Numbered from the whole stretch's first letter, positions 26,783-39,914 are shown. The stretch is 63,904 nt of DNA, filler included, from Octopus bimaculoides (GCF_001194135.2; 9 parts of 9 records of this genome joined end to end with filler, not necessarily neighbours in it); one strand, 5' to 3'. Notes: generated by a model not told the origin, from the letters alone. A program made the numbers and translations.

Positions 26783-27007
26783 TGGGAGAGAGAGAAAGAA
26801 ACAGGCAGGCAGGCAGATGGTCTAACAGACTCACACATGCACATATACATACACACAGACACACACGGATAGGCACACAGACAGTCTAACAGACAGAGAG
26901 AAAAATAGATAGATAGACAGACATACGGCCGAAACCGATAGACAGGCAGATAGAGTGACAAACAGACAGACAAGTAGGCAGACAGACAGACAAAAAGCCA
27001 CAGAGAC

Positions 27008-27057
<50 letters not shown>

Positions 27058-27175
27058 CGGACAGATCAGCAGACAGACAGACAAACAGACTGATAGGCAG
27101 GCAGGCAGGCAGATTGACAGACAGACAGACAGACAGACAGACAGAATAGATAGATAGAGAAAGAAAGAGAGAGAT

Positions 27176-27247
<72 letters not shown>

Positions 27248-27318
27248 TGGAAAAACAGTTTCAGAGACGGGCAGACAGACAGATAGGGAAAGAGGGAATA
27301 TAGCGAGTGAGAGAGAGC

Positions 27319-27351
<33 letters not shown>

Positions 27352-27552
27352 NNNNNNNNNNNNNNNNNNNNNNNNNNNNNNNNNNNNNNNNNNNNNNNNN
27401 NNNNNNNNNNNNNNNNNNNNNNNNNNNNNNNNNNNNNNNNNNNNNNNNNNNNNNNNNNNNNNNNNNNNNNNNNNNNNNNNNNNNNNNNNNNNNNNNNNNN
27501 NNNNNNNNNNNNNNNNNNNNNNNNNNNAGAGAGAGAGAGAGAGAGAGAGAGA
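26740..27552. repeat. Compound (GA)/(GACA)/(GATA)/(GGCA) microsatellite field
   Basis: Direct reading; spans a gap. Confidence 0.9.
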
Positions 27553-28543
27553 TAAGAAACGGAACAGATTGAAGACGGAAAGAACGAGGCAAGTATATTG
27601 ATAAGGATAGGTTTCTGTGATAAACACAGTCATAGAATCAGATGCAAAACTGCAAAGAAGAAACAAAATAAAATAAAAATGGTTTTCAACAGATGCCTAC
27701 CGGTGTCTGAACGGTGATATATTTAAGTCCAATTTACACAAAATATCACCTTAAAACAGCCATTTTGCAATTCCACTCGGTTGCAATTCAGTCTAGCACC
27801 GCCATTGCATTATTATTTGTAAATCTCTTATTTTTTCCTCTCGTTCCTCCATTTTTGTTTTCTTTTTTGATGGGTAGATTTTTGTATTCTTTTTCTGTTT
27901 TTTTTATGTTTTCTTGGTGTTTTTTGCCTTCTTTTTTTTCAGTTGTTATTTTTTATGGTTTTTGTTATTATTATTGTTTGTAATGGCGGTGGAGTAGAGT
28001 TGGCAGAGAGGAATATGGTCTCTGGTCTGAACCTTCCATTAGTTGGTTATTTGTGACGGCATTTCTGGGCAGCAACGATGGAAAGATTGTCGTGTTATTG
28101 TTGTGATAGTTGTTGGCATTGTTGTTGTTGTTGATTATTTTTTAATACAGAAATAAACAGGAAAAATAAACTATGGCGAGAAACGAAAGAGCGAGTGGGA
28201 GAAATAGAGACACAAAGGGAGAGAGAAAGCAAATTTGCAAATGGCGGCGTATTAAGCGGGAAAGTAACAAAATGGAAGAGAGAAGAAAATGTCAGCCAAA
28301 TGACACTAGCAATGATTATTGCTGTTGCGGTTATCGTCGACGTCGTCGTTGTTGTCATTGTTGTTGTTGGTGGTGGTGGTGGGAGGGGTCGTCGTCATAT
28401 TGATGAAAATCATGATCGTGGTCATTATAATGACGATGACCATGATGAACATGGTGATGGACGCCATAAAGGGGATGATTACTAATATGATGGCAAAGAC
28501 GATGGCATCTTGGATGAAAGAATAGAAGAAGAAGAAGAAGAAG

Positions 28544-28577
<34 letters not shown>

Positions 28578-29349
28578 GCAGCAGTAGGGGGCAGGGTGAG
28601 ATGGAGAAGACGAAGGAGGAGAAGGAAGCGGAAAAAAAGAAGAAGAAGAAGAAGAAGAAGAAGAAGAAGAAGAAGAANNNNNNNNNNNNNNNNNNNNNNN
28701 NNNNNNNNNNNNNNNNNNNNNNNNNNNNNNNNNNNNNNNNNNNNNNNNNNNNNNNNNNNNNNNNNNNNNNNNNNNNNNNNNNNNNNNNNNNNNNNNNNNN
28801 NNNNNNNNNNNNNNNNNNNNNNNNNNNNNNNNNNNNNNNNNNNNNNNNNNNNNNNNNNNNNNNNNNNNNNNNNNNNNNNNNNNNNNNNNNNNNNNNNNNN
28901 NNNNNNNNNNNNNNNNNNNNNNNNNNNNNNNNNNNNNNNNNNNNNNNNNNNNNNNNNNNNNNNNNNNNNNNNNNNNNNNNNNNNNNNNNNNNNNNNNNNN
29001 NNNNNNNNNNNNNNNNNNNNNNNNNNNNNNNNNNNNNNNNNNNNNNNNNNNNNNNNNNNNNNNNNNNNNNNNNNNNNNNNNNNNNNNNNNNNNNNNNNNN
29101 NNNNNNNNNNNNNNNNNNNNNNNNNNNNNNNNNCAACAGCAGCAGTAGGGGGCAGGGTGAGATGGAGAAGACGAAGGAGGAGAAGGAAGCGGAAAAAAGA
29201 AGAAGAAGAAGAAGAAGAAGAAGAAAAAGAAGAAGAAGCAGAAGAAGAAGAAGAAGAAGAAGAAGAAAAAGAAGAAGAAGAACAAGAACAACAACAACAA
29301 CAACAATAACAACAACAACAATAACAACAACAATAACAGTCGTTACAGA

Positions 29350-29562
29350 TTTTGGAAAATGGCTTGAAGTTTTGAAGGGTGGGGGTCAGTCGATTATATC
29401 AACGCCTGTACCTGACTGACTCCTCAATTTTATCGACGCCGAGAGGAGGAAGAGGCAAATTTGAATTTGTCCGGTTTTAAATTCCGAACGTAAATATTCA
29501 GCCGGAAGAAATGCGGCGAAATATTTAGTCCGACTGTCTAACGATGCTGTCAGGTCCGCACC

Positions 29563-29623
<61 letters not shown>

Positions 29624-29626
29624 TAC

Positions 29627-29657
<31 letters not shown>

Positions 29658-29695
29658 CATACTACTAATAATAATAATAATTATTATTATTGTTG

Positions 29696-29742
<47 letters not shown>

Positions 29743-29995
29743 AAAAATAATAGTTCCTGATTTAGACTAAAAGGTAGCATTTTCAGGGAAGAGAAATTAA
29801 TTGAAATTATTGTGTTCGCCACTCCAAATTCCCCCAGTTACTGACTGGTACATTATTTTATCGACCTCGGTTGGACGAAAGGAGAATCTGCCCTCAGGGT
29901 ATTTTGAACTGAGAAGGTAAATATAACAAACAGGAGGAAACACTGCGAAACATTTTATCCGACGTTCTTCAGATTCTAACAACCACGGAACTGCA
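29350..29995 (-). mobile_element. Two diverged SINE family B copies (29350-29563, ~29760-29995) separated by (TAA)n(TTA)n
   Basis: TTTTATCGAC..GAGAGGAGGAAGAGGCAAA and TTTTATCGACCTCGG..TTTTGAACTGAGAA bodies. Confidence 0.65.
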
Positions 29996-30004
29996 GAATT
30001 AAGG

Positions 30005-30051
<47 letters not shown>

Positions 30052-30478
30052 TTGCTTCAATTACAATCATGACAATAATTACCGCACGTTCCCTCTCACC
30101 CTATCTCTCTCTCTCTCTTGCTCTTTCTCTCTCTTTCTCTTTCTTTTTCACTCTTCCTCTTTCTTCCATCTAATTAATTATTCAAAATTAACCAGAAATT
30201 AAAATGACATGCTAATAATTACATAACAATGCTAATGAAATGTGATAAATAAAAGACTAGGTTGAAGTTTTTATTTATTCATTCTTTTTTTTTTTTTTTT
30301 TTNNNNNNNNNNTTTTTTTTTTTTTTTCTTGCAGAAATTTTATGCTAATATAAGGAAATTTACGGAAATTTACGGAAATATACGGAAATACATGCAAATA
30401 CCAGAGGAAAAACGAAACAGAATCTTTTGTTTTTAACACGCATCGAATTGCACTAAAAACAATGCATGATCATTTATT

Positions 30479-30546
<68 letters not shown>

Positions 30547-30682
30547 TGTTCGTGTTGTTACTGTTGTTGTGCGTTTTTCCGCTCTGCTATCTTCAATTTG
30601 AAACGAGATGCTTTTGTGCCTGCGCTAGAACGACAGGCGACTTTTGCATGCTTCATGATATTGGTTGAATATATACATACAT

Positions 30683-30720
<38 letters not shown>

Positions 30721-31616
30721 TTGTTCATATGATGATATCTCCACAGTGTGTTAATGAGAAAAGCATGTAATCGCTACTAATATAGCAAGAGATTTCTCCG
30801 CAAAGGTCTAAGGTAAATTGTCTATTTAACTTGAATTTGGCAGTTAAATATAGCCTTATACAGAAATGTTGACATAGGAATAAACTTCAATAATAATGGA
30901 TATCAGCGTCAAAACTCTTTTTTAAAATTTTATATATATATATATATATATATACTCATACAGACATAGAGTAAAAATTAATAATNNNNNNNNNNNNNNN
31001 NNNNNNNNNNNNNNNNNNNNNNNNNNNNNNNNNNNNNNNNNNNNNNNNNNNNNNNNNNNNNNNNNNNNNNNNNNNNNNNNNNNNNNNNNNNNNNNNNNNN
31101 NNNNNNNNNNNNNNNNNNNNNNNNNNNNNNNNNNNNNNNNNNNNNNNNNNNNNNNNNNNNNNNNNNNNNNNNNNNNNNNNNNNNNNNNNNNNNNNNNNNN
31201 NNNNNNNNNNNNNNNNNNNNNNNNNNNNNNNNNNNNNNNNNNNNNNNNNNNNNNNNNNNNNNNNNNNNNNNNNNNNNNNNNNNNNNNNNNNNNNNNNNNN
31301 NNNNNNNNNNNNNNNNNNNNNNNNNNNNNNNNNNNNNNNNNNNNNNNNNNNNNNNNNNNNNNNTATATATATATATATGTATATATATATACTGACAAAA
31401 TTCTGATATGCAGTACGGAATTCTGTCAGTGAACAGGTCGCGGTCTCAAAGCGCTGACAATATTCTGGCAAATTAAATTTAAATGTTGAATTGAATCTAA
31501 CGGTCTTTGTGTGTTATTTTAAATGGCTTATAAACACCTTCCAGACTGCAATTGTTTTCGTTCCAGCACACGATCTCAGATCAGGCCACTTGCTATTCAA
31601 GTACATCTCCGTAATA

Positions 31617-31634
31617 TATAGATAGATAGGTAGT

Positions 31635-31711
<77 letters not shown>
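31617..31711. repeat. (GATA)n microsatellite
   Basis: Direct reading. Confidence 0.95.
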
Positions 31712-32624
31712 CTGTTTGTGTATATGCAGCAAGCATCTTCTTTTCACAATCCTTTATTTGACAATTCTGAAAGTCCAAGCTTGAAACTGCGTAGTTACTT
31801 TGCCAAATTCTTTACTAGAAACCTATCTCTGTACTGAAAATATTTCGACATTATTCATTAAACACTTAATATTTAGAAGTTAAATACTTAACTTTGCTAA
31901 TGGATATTTAACTATTTAAATAATTAACTGTTAAAATAGTTGATAGTTAAAATATTTAAATATTTAGATGTTTCAAATATTTCAGTATTAAATAGTTGAA
32001 ATTGTGAAATACCAAACGATTGCTAATTAAATTACTTAATCGGAGTCAAATAGTGTCGTAGATATCGGCTGTTGTATACGATTATTGATTTTTTGACAGT
32101 TATATATATATATATAATAACTATATAATTTATATATAATATTATATATATATATATATATATNNNNNNNNNNNNNNNNNNNNNNNNNNNNNNNNNNNNN
32201 NNNNNNNNNNNNNNNNNNNNNNNNNNNNNNNNNNNNNNNNNNNNNNNNNNNNNNNNNNNNNNNNNNNNNNNNNNNNNNNNNNNNNNNNNNNNNNNNNNNN
32301 NNNNNNNNNNNNNNNNNNNNNNNNNNNNNNNNNNNNNNNNNNNNNNNNNNNNNNNNNNNNNNNNNNNNNNNNNNNNNNNNNNNNNNNNNNNNNNNNNNNN
32401 NNNNNNNNNNNNNNNNNNNNNNNNNNNNNNNNNNNNNNNNNNNNNNNNNNNNNNNNNNNNNNNNNNNNNNNNNNNNNNNNNNNNNNNNNNNNNNNNNNNN
32501 NNNNNNNNNNNNNNNNNNNNNNNNNNNNNNNNNNNNNNNNNNNNNNNNNNNNNNNNNNNNNNNNNNNNNNNNNNNNNNNNNNNNNNNNNATTAACTATAC
32601 TCTCTGATTCTTGTGCCAAACTGC

Positions 32625-32887
32625 TAGATCTCGGGGGATATTCATCGTGTCACAGTGTGACAAGGCTGACCCTTTGAATTACAGGCACAACAGAAGCAGG
32701 AAGTAAGAGTGAGAGAAAGTTGTGATGAAAGAGTACAGGAGGGTTCGTCACCATCCCCTGCCAAAGCCTCGTGGAGCTTTAGGTGTTTTCGCTCAATAAA
32801 CACTCACAACGCCCGGTCTGAGAATCGAAACCGCGATCCTACGACCGCGAGTCCGCTAACCTAACCACTGGGCCATTGCGCCTCCAC
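32625..32887 (-). mobile_element. tRNA-derived SINE family C, 5' portion
   Basis: Minus strand GTGGAGGCGCAATGGCCCAGTGGTTAG (A-box TGGCCCAGTGG) and GGTTTCGATTC (B-box); matches 37873-38138. Confidence 0.9.
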
Positions 32888-32944
32888 ACACACACTAATA
32901 AATATGACATAAAAGAATAAATACTAGGCTTATAAAAATTCCTG

Positions 32945-33162
32945 TGGTCAGTTTCCGTCTACCAAATCCGCTCATAAGGTTTTGGTCGGCCCGAGGCTAT
33001 AGTAGAAGGCACTTGTCAAAGGTGCCTTCCCAACTATATGGTTCCGGGTTCAGTCCCACTGTGTGGCACCTTGGGCAACTGTCTTCTACTACCGCCTCGA
33101 ACTAACCAAAGCCTCATGAGCGGATTTGGTAGACGAAAACTGAAAGAAGCAGATCGTACATA
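32945..33162. mobile_element. Inverted (head-to-head) pair of SINE family A segments: 32945-33026 (-) and 33027-33162 (+)
   Basis: 32950-33026 is the reverse complement of 33065-33142 (~80% identity). Confidence 0.85.
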
Positions 33163-33289
33163 TCAGGAGTAAATATTTAGTTTATGAGTTTTGTGTATTT
33201 AGTCCGTAAAATTGTGCATACAGTATATAAAGTGTATATAGATGTTTTCGATCTAGTTTGGATTGTTTGCCATCAAATTTGATGGCAAA

Positions 33290-33686
33290 GAATCCAAATG
33301 GTCTTCATTGTAATGATCATGACAACAGTCTCGACAACGACGACGATGACGACAGCGAGATTGCGAAGATGGCGTGGTTAATAGTGGTAATGATGATAAT
33401 GATAGCCACGACGACGTTGAAGATAATGACGGGGAAGGGGGAAGGTGTAGCAGCAGCAGAAGAGGGATGCACTGTGATGATGGGTTTGTTCCTGATATAA
33501 ATATTTCTTTTTTGACGACGTTTCTCGATGCTGCTGCTGCTACTCGTCTTTGCTAGTGTCGATTTTGGCTGGGTTGCGTGAAGCGATTTTTGTAGAGGTG
33601 ATGGTGGTGGTGGTGGTGGTGGTGGTGGTGGTGATGGTCGTCGTGGTCGTGGTCGTGGTCGTGGTGCTACTACTGCTGCTGCTACT

Positions 33687-33719
<33 letters not shown>

Positions 33720-34515
33720 AGTAGTGTTTGTGGTTGTGCCGAAGGCAGAAATATTCTTTTCTCTTCTAGGCAAGAGGTCCGAAATTGCTGGTTATATTTG
33801 CCGTCGTTGTTTATGTGGTAGCGTTGTCTGTGATGTTTGTTGTTGCTGATGTTAATAATGGTAGTGGTGGTAGGAGGGGGTGATAGTAATAATATCAGTG
33901 CAGTTGCCGACTGATGCATTCGTTGAAAGAAGTGTTGGCCGCCATATTGCTGATGGTATTTATTCTGATGGTGACGATGTTAGTCTGTATATTTGTAGTT
34001 GGACCGGTTCTAGTTTTGCTGCTGTGGTGATTGTGGTGAAGGTAGTTTGGTGGTAGTGGTGATGATGATGNNNNNNNNNNNNNNNNNNNNNNNNNNNNNN
34101 NNNNNNNNNNNNNNNNNNNNNNNNNNNNNNNNNNNNNNNNNNNNNNNNNNNNNNNNNNNNNNNNNNNNNNNNNNNNNNNNNNNNNNNNNNNNNNNNNNNN
34201 NNNNNNNNNNNNNNNNNNNNNNNNNNNNNNNNNNNNNNNNNNNNNNNNNNNNNNNNNNNNNNNNNNNNNNNNNNNNNNNNNNNNNNNNNNNNNNNNNNNN
34301 NNNNNNNNNNNNNNNNNNNNNNNNNNNNNNNNNNNNNNNNNNNNNNNNNNNNNNNNNNNNNNNNNNNNNNNNNNNNNNNNNNNNNNNNNNNNNNNNNNNN
34401 NNNNNNNNNNNNNNNNNNNNNNNNNNNNNNNNNNNNGTAGGTGGTGGTGGTGGTGTAGGTGGTGGTGGTGGTGTAGGTGGTGGTGGTGGTGATGGTGTTG
34501 ATGGTTGTACTGGTA
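33290..34515. repeat. Degenerate (GGT/GAT/GTC/GCT)n trinucleotide low-complexity field
   Basis: Direct reading; spans a gap; stops in all frames over the field. Confidence 0.8.
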
Positions 34516-34989
34516 GCTGGTGTGTTAATATTTAATTTTTAATCACTTTTAAGATAATGTCTCTTAAATTATATTTCATACAATTTACGAGACATCAAGT
34601 TTACACAATAATTGTGTTTATAATTATATAAATGTACACAAACATATATATAAATACATATGTACACACACACATACACACAGATATATGTATTCATGTA
34701 CATGTATATATATATACATATACATGCATACATACATCTACACATACATCTATGCGTACATACATATACGTATGTATGTACATATGAATGGACGTCTTTA
34801 CGTATGCATGCACATACACATCTAAAGACTAACACATGGAAACGCAGAAACATATACAAGAAACACACACGCACACGCAGACACACGTCCAAACATACAC
34901 ACATACACATCGCACACATATATATGAATGTTTGTCTATAATGCAATGTACGCAATATCTATAAGCATAGATGTGTGTGCTGTTGTTGT

Positions 34990-35107
34990 TGTTGGCACTC
35001 CGTCGCTTACGACGTCGAGGGTTCCAGTTGATCCGATCAACGGAACAGCCTGCTCGTGAAATTAACGTGCAAGTGGCTGAGCACTCCACAGACACGTGTA
35101 CCCTTAA
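34990..35107 (-). mobile_element. SINE family C, 3' portion
   Basis: GAGGGTTCCAGTTGATCCGATCAACGGAACAGCCTGCTCGTGAAATTAACGTGC matches 37781-37872. Confidence 0.9.
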
Positions 35108-35149
35108 TGAGGGTGTATGTGTGTCTTATTGGTGTGTATGTAACCAACC

Positions 35150-35243
35150 GGTTCGGCAAAATTGACCGATAAAATAAATATAAAACTTAAATAATAAGTC
35201 CTGGGGTCAGGCAAATGACTGACAAAAATAAAAGAATAAAAGA
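35150..35243 (+). mobile_element. SINE family A tail fragment
   Basis: CGGTTCGGCAAA..GACCGAT..AATAAGTCCTGGGGTC. Confidence 0.65.
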
Positions 35244-35649
35244 ATATGTATGCATAAATGTATGTATGTACGTATACACCGTTGGCGTATTATTTTATTA
35301 TTTTCTTGCTCGCTTCAGAATGCATTGCAGCCATGCTGCGTAATTAGTTAGGTCGATGACATCATGCACAGTGCTTTTACAGGAATGCATTTCACTTGTG
35401 GCTCATTGGCGAACAACTAAGGTATGGTACATATATATATATATGTATGTGTGTGTGTGTGCTTGTATGTATGTACACAGGCACAAGCAACGCATGCGTT
35501 GTGAGTGTAAAACGTGGATATGTGCATGCAAAACGGGTCGATAGACAGATAGACGGAAGCAGAGAAACAGATACACATAGACAAACAAATACTTACATAC
35601 ATGCATACATACATACATACATATATACATACATTCATTCATACATACA

Positions 35650-35708
<59 letters not shown>

Positions 35709-36628
35709 GGAGAAACATTGGTACATAAAGACGTACATACATTCATAATTTCATCCATGCAGGTTTACATACGGACACACGTACATACAAACACGTACAT
35801 ACATACATAGACAGACAGATAGGGGAATAGAGAGATACAATGACAGATCGATAGATATACGCATGTATAACGATAGACATTCGTCCATATTTACAGTCTA
35901 ACAAACGAACACATATACACGCATGAAAACAATTACATGCGTACTTATACAGTTAGATGCCTAACTCAAAATCACCACCCCACTTCGAGGCTCACTCTTC
36001 AGAACCTCGCTTTCAAACCATTCATTTCTGAACAGATATATAGTGAAAGTGTATCACGCACACACACACACACACACATTCATATATATATATATATATA
36101 TATACATTTATATATGTGTTTGTGTTTTGGGCATATATATATGTGTCTGTGTGTATAAGCATATCTGTGGTTAACTATTAAGACAGTACATACAACTAAT
36201 GGAACCGCTTTCCCTCAACCAAATGCATTAATCTTCGAAAAGTGTGGAAAATTAGCTGAAATCCTACTTAATAGCTCTATCGAATCGATAAGCGTCTAAT
36301 ATACTGCAATAAGAGGTGATAATTGCAAAAGCCTCTTTGGTTCACGTGCGAAATTTTGGTAAAGGACGGGCGAAAGGACGGACGGAGAGATTGACAGACG
36401 GGCGGACGGACAGACGGACGGACGGACGGACTGATTCACAACCAGGCGGGCTGACGGGCAAATGCACTGACCGACGGTTTGATCTTACAGCTCTGTCCAT
36501 TTGTTCATATTACATGAGGAGTGAATTTTCTATTTTGAGATATACACTCCCGTGGTAGGCGGATAGATAAATAGACAGACAGGCGGACAGACGGACAGAC
36601 AGACAGACAAACAGACAGACAAGTAGAC

Positions 36629-36675
<47 letters not shown>

Positions 36676-36763
36676 CAGACACTTATAAAGATGTACATAT
36701 ACCTAATCATATATTTATATCCATTTACACGCGTACTAAGAGCCAGATGCAAACTACCACCTA

Positions 36764-36802
<39 letters not shown>

Positions 36803-36819
36803 AAACACACACACGTAAG

Positions 36820-36925
36820 ATCGTGAGTTCGAAACCCAGCGTTGCGCTGTGTCCTTGGGTAAGACACTATTTCAAATCGCTCCATTTCACTCAGCTGCCA
36901 AAAAATGATTAGTGTCTGTATTTCA
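36820..36925 (+). mobile_element. SINE family D-like fragment
   Basis: B-box GAGTTCGAAACCC then TGTGTCCTTGGGTAAGACACT..CACTCAGCTG (CORE-like). Confidence 0.55.
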
Positions 36926-37054
36926 AAGGGCCATAGTGATTTTAATTATATTTTAGGTGGTTTTCCACATTTTTTAATAATTGATGTATGCTCTTTAATA
37001 ATTTTCTACTTATTTCAGACAGAAAACATTCTTGAAGCATAGGCGCCCTTAATT

Positions 37055-37700
37055 ATGAATATGACAAAAAAGGACCTTCGCTTACTTTTCTTGCATGGGT
37101 TCAAGCTTGGGCATTATGCCTCCCAAACTGCTGCCAATATCAACAAAGCATGGGGAGAGGGGTCCACAAGTGATCGCACAGTACGAAGGTGGTTTCAGAA
37201 ATTCTGTAGTGGTGATGAGATCCTTGAAAATGAAGAAGGTAGAGGACGGCCATGAAGTCATGACAATGAACAATTGAAAGCAATTGTTCAACAAAACCCA
37301 CATCAAAGTGTCAGAGAAATGTTTCAGGCACTTGGTGGCGGTATTGCAACGGTCTCACGCAATCTGGAGAAGTTTGGTAAGGTGAAATAGCTCGATAAAT
37401 GGGTACCACATGAGCTCAATAAATATCAAAAAGTTCCTCATTTTGAAGTGTGCTCGATGCTCTTTCTGCGAATCCTTTTCTTGATCGAATAGTCATTTGT
37501 GATGAAAAGTGGATCCTTTATGATAACCGTAAACGATCGTGATGAGTCCCCCAAACATTTCTCAAAGCCAAAGTCGCATCAGCAAAAGATTATGGTGATT
37601 GTCTGGTGGTCTGCATTTGGTGTTGTCCATTGCAGCTTTCTCGAAGCCAATCAGAGCATTACAACTGAGGTTTGCTGCAATCAACTTTACCAACGCTTTA
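37055..37700 (+). pseudogene. Mariner (Tc1/mariner D,D34D-type) transposase pseudogene, 3'-truncated
   Basis: N-terminal HTH (RTVRRWFQKFCSGD..GRGRP), WVPHEL at 37400-37417, first catalytic Asp in CDEKW (37498-37512), KIMVIVWWS; stops at 37253 and 37388 and a frameshift; no YSPDL or third Asp; TIRs not recognised. Confidence 0.9.
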
Positions 37701-37770
37701 CCATTTAAGTACCTGATTCGCTTGAATGCTGAACTCTTATCGTATGTGTGAATGTGTGTGTTTTGTGTGT

Positions 37771-38138
37771 GTTACGACGACGAGGGTTCCAGTTGATCCG
37801 ATCAATGGAACAGCCTGTTCGTGAAATTAACGTGCAAGTGGCTGAGCACTCCACAGACACGTGTACCCTTAACGTAGTTCTCGGAGATATTCAGCGTGAC
37901 ACAGAGTGTGACAAGGCTGACCCTTTGAATTACAGGCACAACAGAACCATGAAGTAAGAGTGAGAGAAAGTTGTGGTGGAAGAGTATAGCAGGGTTCGCC
38001 ACCATCCCCTGCCGGAGCCTCGTGGAGCTTTAGGTGTTTTCGCTCAATAAACACTCACAACGCCCGGTCTGGGAAATGAAACCGAGATCCTACGACCGCG
38101 AGTCCGCTGCCCTAACCACTGGGCCATTGCGCCTCCAC
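37771..38138 (-). mobile_element. SINE family C, near full length
   Basis: tRNA-like head with A/B boxes at 38060-38138, body and tail; inserted just after the mariner remnant. Confidence 0.92.
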
Positions 38139-38597
38139 AAGTTACAAATCAGACGGAACTGAATAGTCATCAGAGAGTTTCCTGAACGGAAATTCAGCAA
38201 TACCATTGACAATGAAGAAACACTAGAAGACGTTAATCATCAGTGTAGATGGAACCATCGCTATATACGCATGTAAGAGCCATTCGATAAATATAGAAAA
38301 GATCTCGTAGAATTCTATGAATCACAATTGCGCAATAAGTAGCGCATTAGTCTTTTAATCAAACATGTAAGACATCAATATTAATCTTAGCATGATTAAT
38401 CTTCTGGATATCACCTTTAACTTAAATACACATTAAATTTATAACTAAACTTAATGAATGATCATTTTACATAAATAAATATTATTATCAAACGGCCAAT
38501 AAGCAGGCGGATTTTAAATCTCTAATTTTTGTAAACTGTATATCATCATTATCTTCTGATATGAGGCTGGGTTAATTAATGCGTTCATTAATATAAT

Positions 38598-38785
38598 CTT
38601 TTCTACTCTAGGAACAAGGCCTGACATCTTGATGGAGGTGGGGGAGGCAGTCAATTAGTTAGACTGCAGTACGCAACTGTTGCTTAATTTATCGACCCCC
38701 CACCGAAAGGATGAAAAGCAAAGTCGACTTGGGCGGAATTTGAACTCAAAGAATTTCGCCCGGTGTGCTAACGTTTCTGTCAGAA
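38598..38785 (-). mobile_element. SINE family B
   Basis: TTAATTTATCGACCCC..AAAGGATGAAAAGCAAAGTCGAC..GGAATTTGAACTC. Confidence 0.85.
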
Positions 38786-38828
38786 TTATAATGAATCTCT
38801 TCGCTGAAGTCGTCATATGAGATAGAGT

Positions 38829-38863
<35 letters not shown>

Positions 38864-39883
38864 ATGTATATGTATGTATGTATGTATATATGTGTGTATA
38901 TATATTTATATATATATGTATATNNNNNNNNNNNNNNNNNNNNNNNNNNNNNNNNNNNNNNNNNNNNNNNNNNNNNNNNNNNNNNNNNNNNNNNNNNNNN
39001 NNNNNNNNNNNNNNNNNNNNNNNNNNNNNNNNNNNNNNNNNNNNNNNNNNNNNNNNNNNNNNNNNNNNNNNNNNNNNNNNNNNNNNNNNNNNNNNNNNNN
39101 NNNNNNNNNNNNNNNNNNNNNNNNNNNNNNNNNNNNNNNNNNNNNNNNNNNNNNNNNNNNNNNNNNNNNNNNNNNNNNNNNNNNNNNNNNNNNNNNNNNN
39201 NNNNNNNNNNNNNNNNNNNNNNNNNNNNNNNNNNNNNNNNNNNNNNNNNNNNNNNNNNNNNNNNNNNNNNNNNNNNNNNNNNNNNNNNNNNNNNNNNNNN
39301 NNNNNNNNNNNNNNNNNNNNNNNNNNNNNNNNNNNNNNNNNNNNNNNNNNNNNNNNNNNNNNNNNNNNNNNNNNNNNNNNNNNNNNNNNNNNNNNNNNNN
39401 NNNNNNNNNNNNNNNNNNNNNNNNNNNNNNNNNNNNNNNNNNNNNNNNNNNNNNNNNNNNNNNNNNNNNNNNNNNNNNNNNNNNNNNNNNNNNNNNNNNN
39501 NNNNNNNNNNNNNNNNNNNNNNNNNNNNNNNNNNNNNNNNNNNNNNNNNNNNNNNNNNNNNNNNNNNNNNNNNNNNNNNNNNNNNNNNNNNNNNNNNNNN
39601 NNNNNNNNNNNNNNNNNNNNNNNNNNNNNNNNNNNNNNNNNNNNNNNNNNNNNNNNNNNNNNNNNNNNNNNNNNNNNNNNNNNNNNNNNNNNNNNNNNNN
39701 NNNNNNNNNNNNNNNNNNNNNNNNNNNNNNNNNNNNNNNNNNNNNNNNNNNNNNNNNNNNNNNNNNNNNNNNNNNNNNNNNNNNNNNNNNNNNNNNNNNN
39801 NNNNNNNNNNNNNNNNNNNNNNNNNNNNNNNNNNNNNNNNNNNNNNNNNNNNNNNNNNNNNNNNNNNNNNNNNNNNNNNNNNN

Positions 39884-39914
<31 letters not shown>

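Noticed and set aside
36340-36500. (GACG)n tract after GAAATTTTGG, possible HINE/DINE-like element
   Set aside because: No subterminal inverted repeats or second copy identified.
38060-38138. tRNA-like sequences at SINE heads (also 391-455, 46215-46289, 47440-47548)
   Set aside because: A/B boxes are present but there is no complete cloverleaf or acceptor stem, and each continues into a SINE body; they are not tRNA genes.
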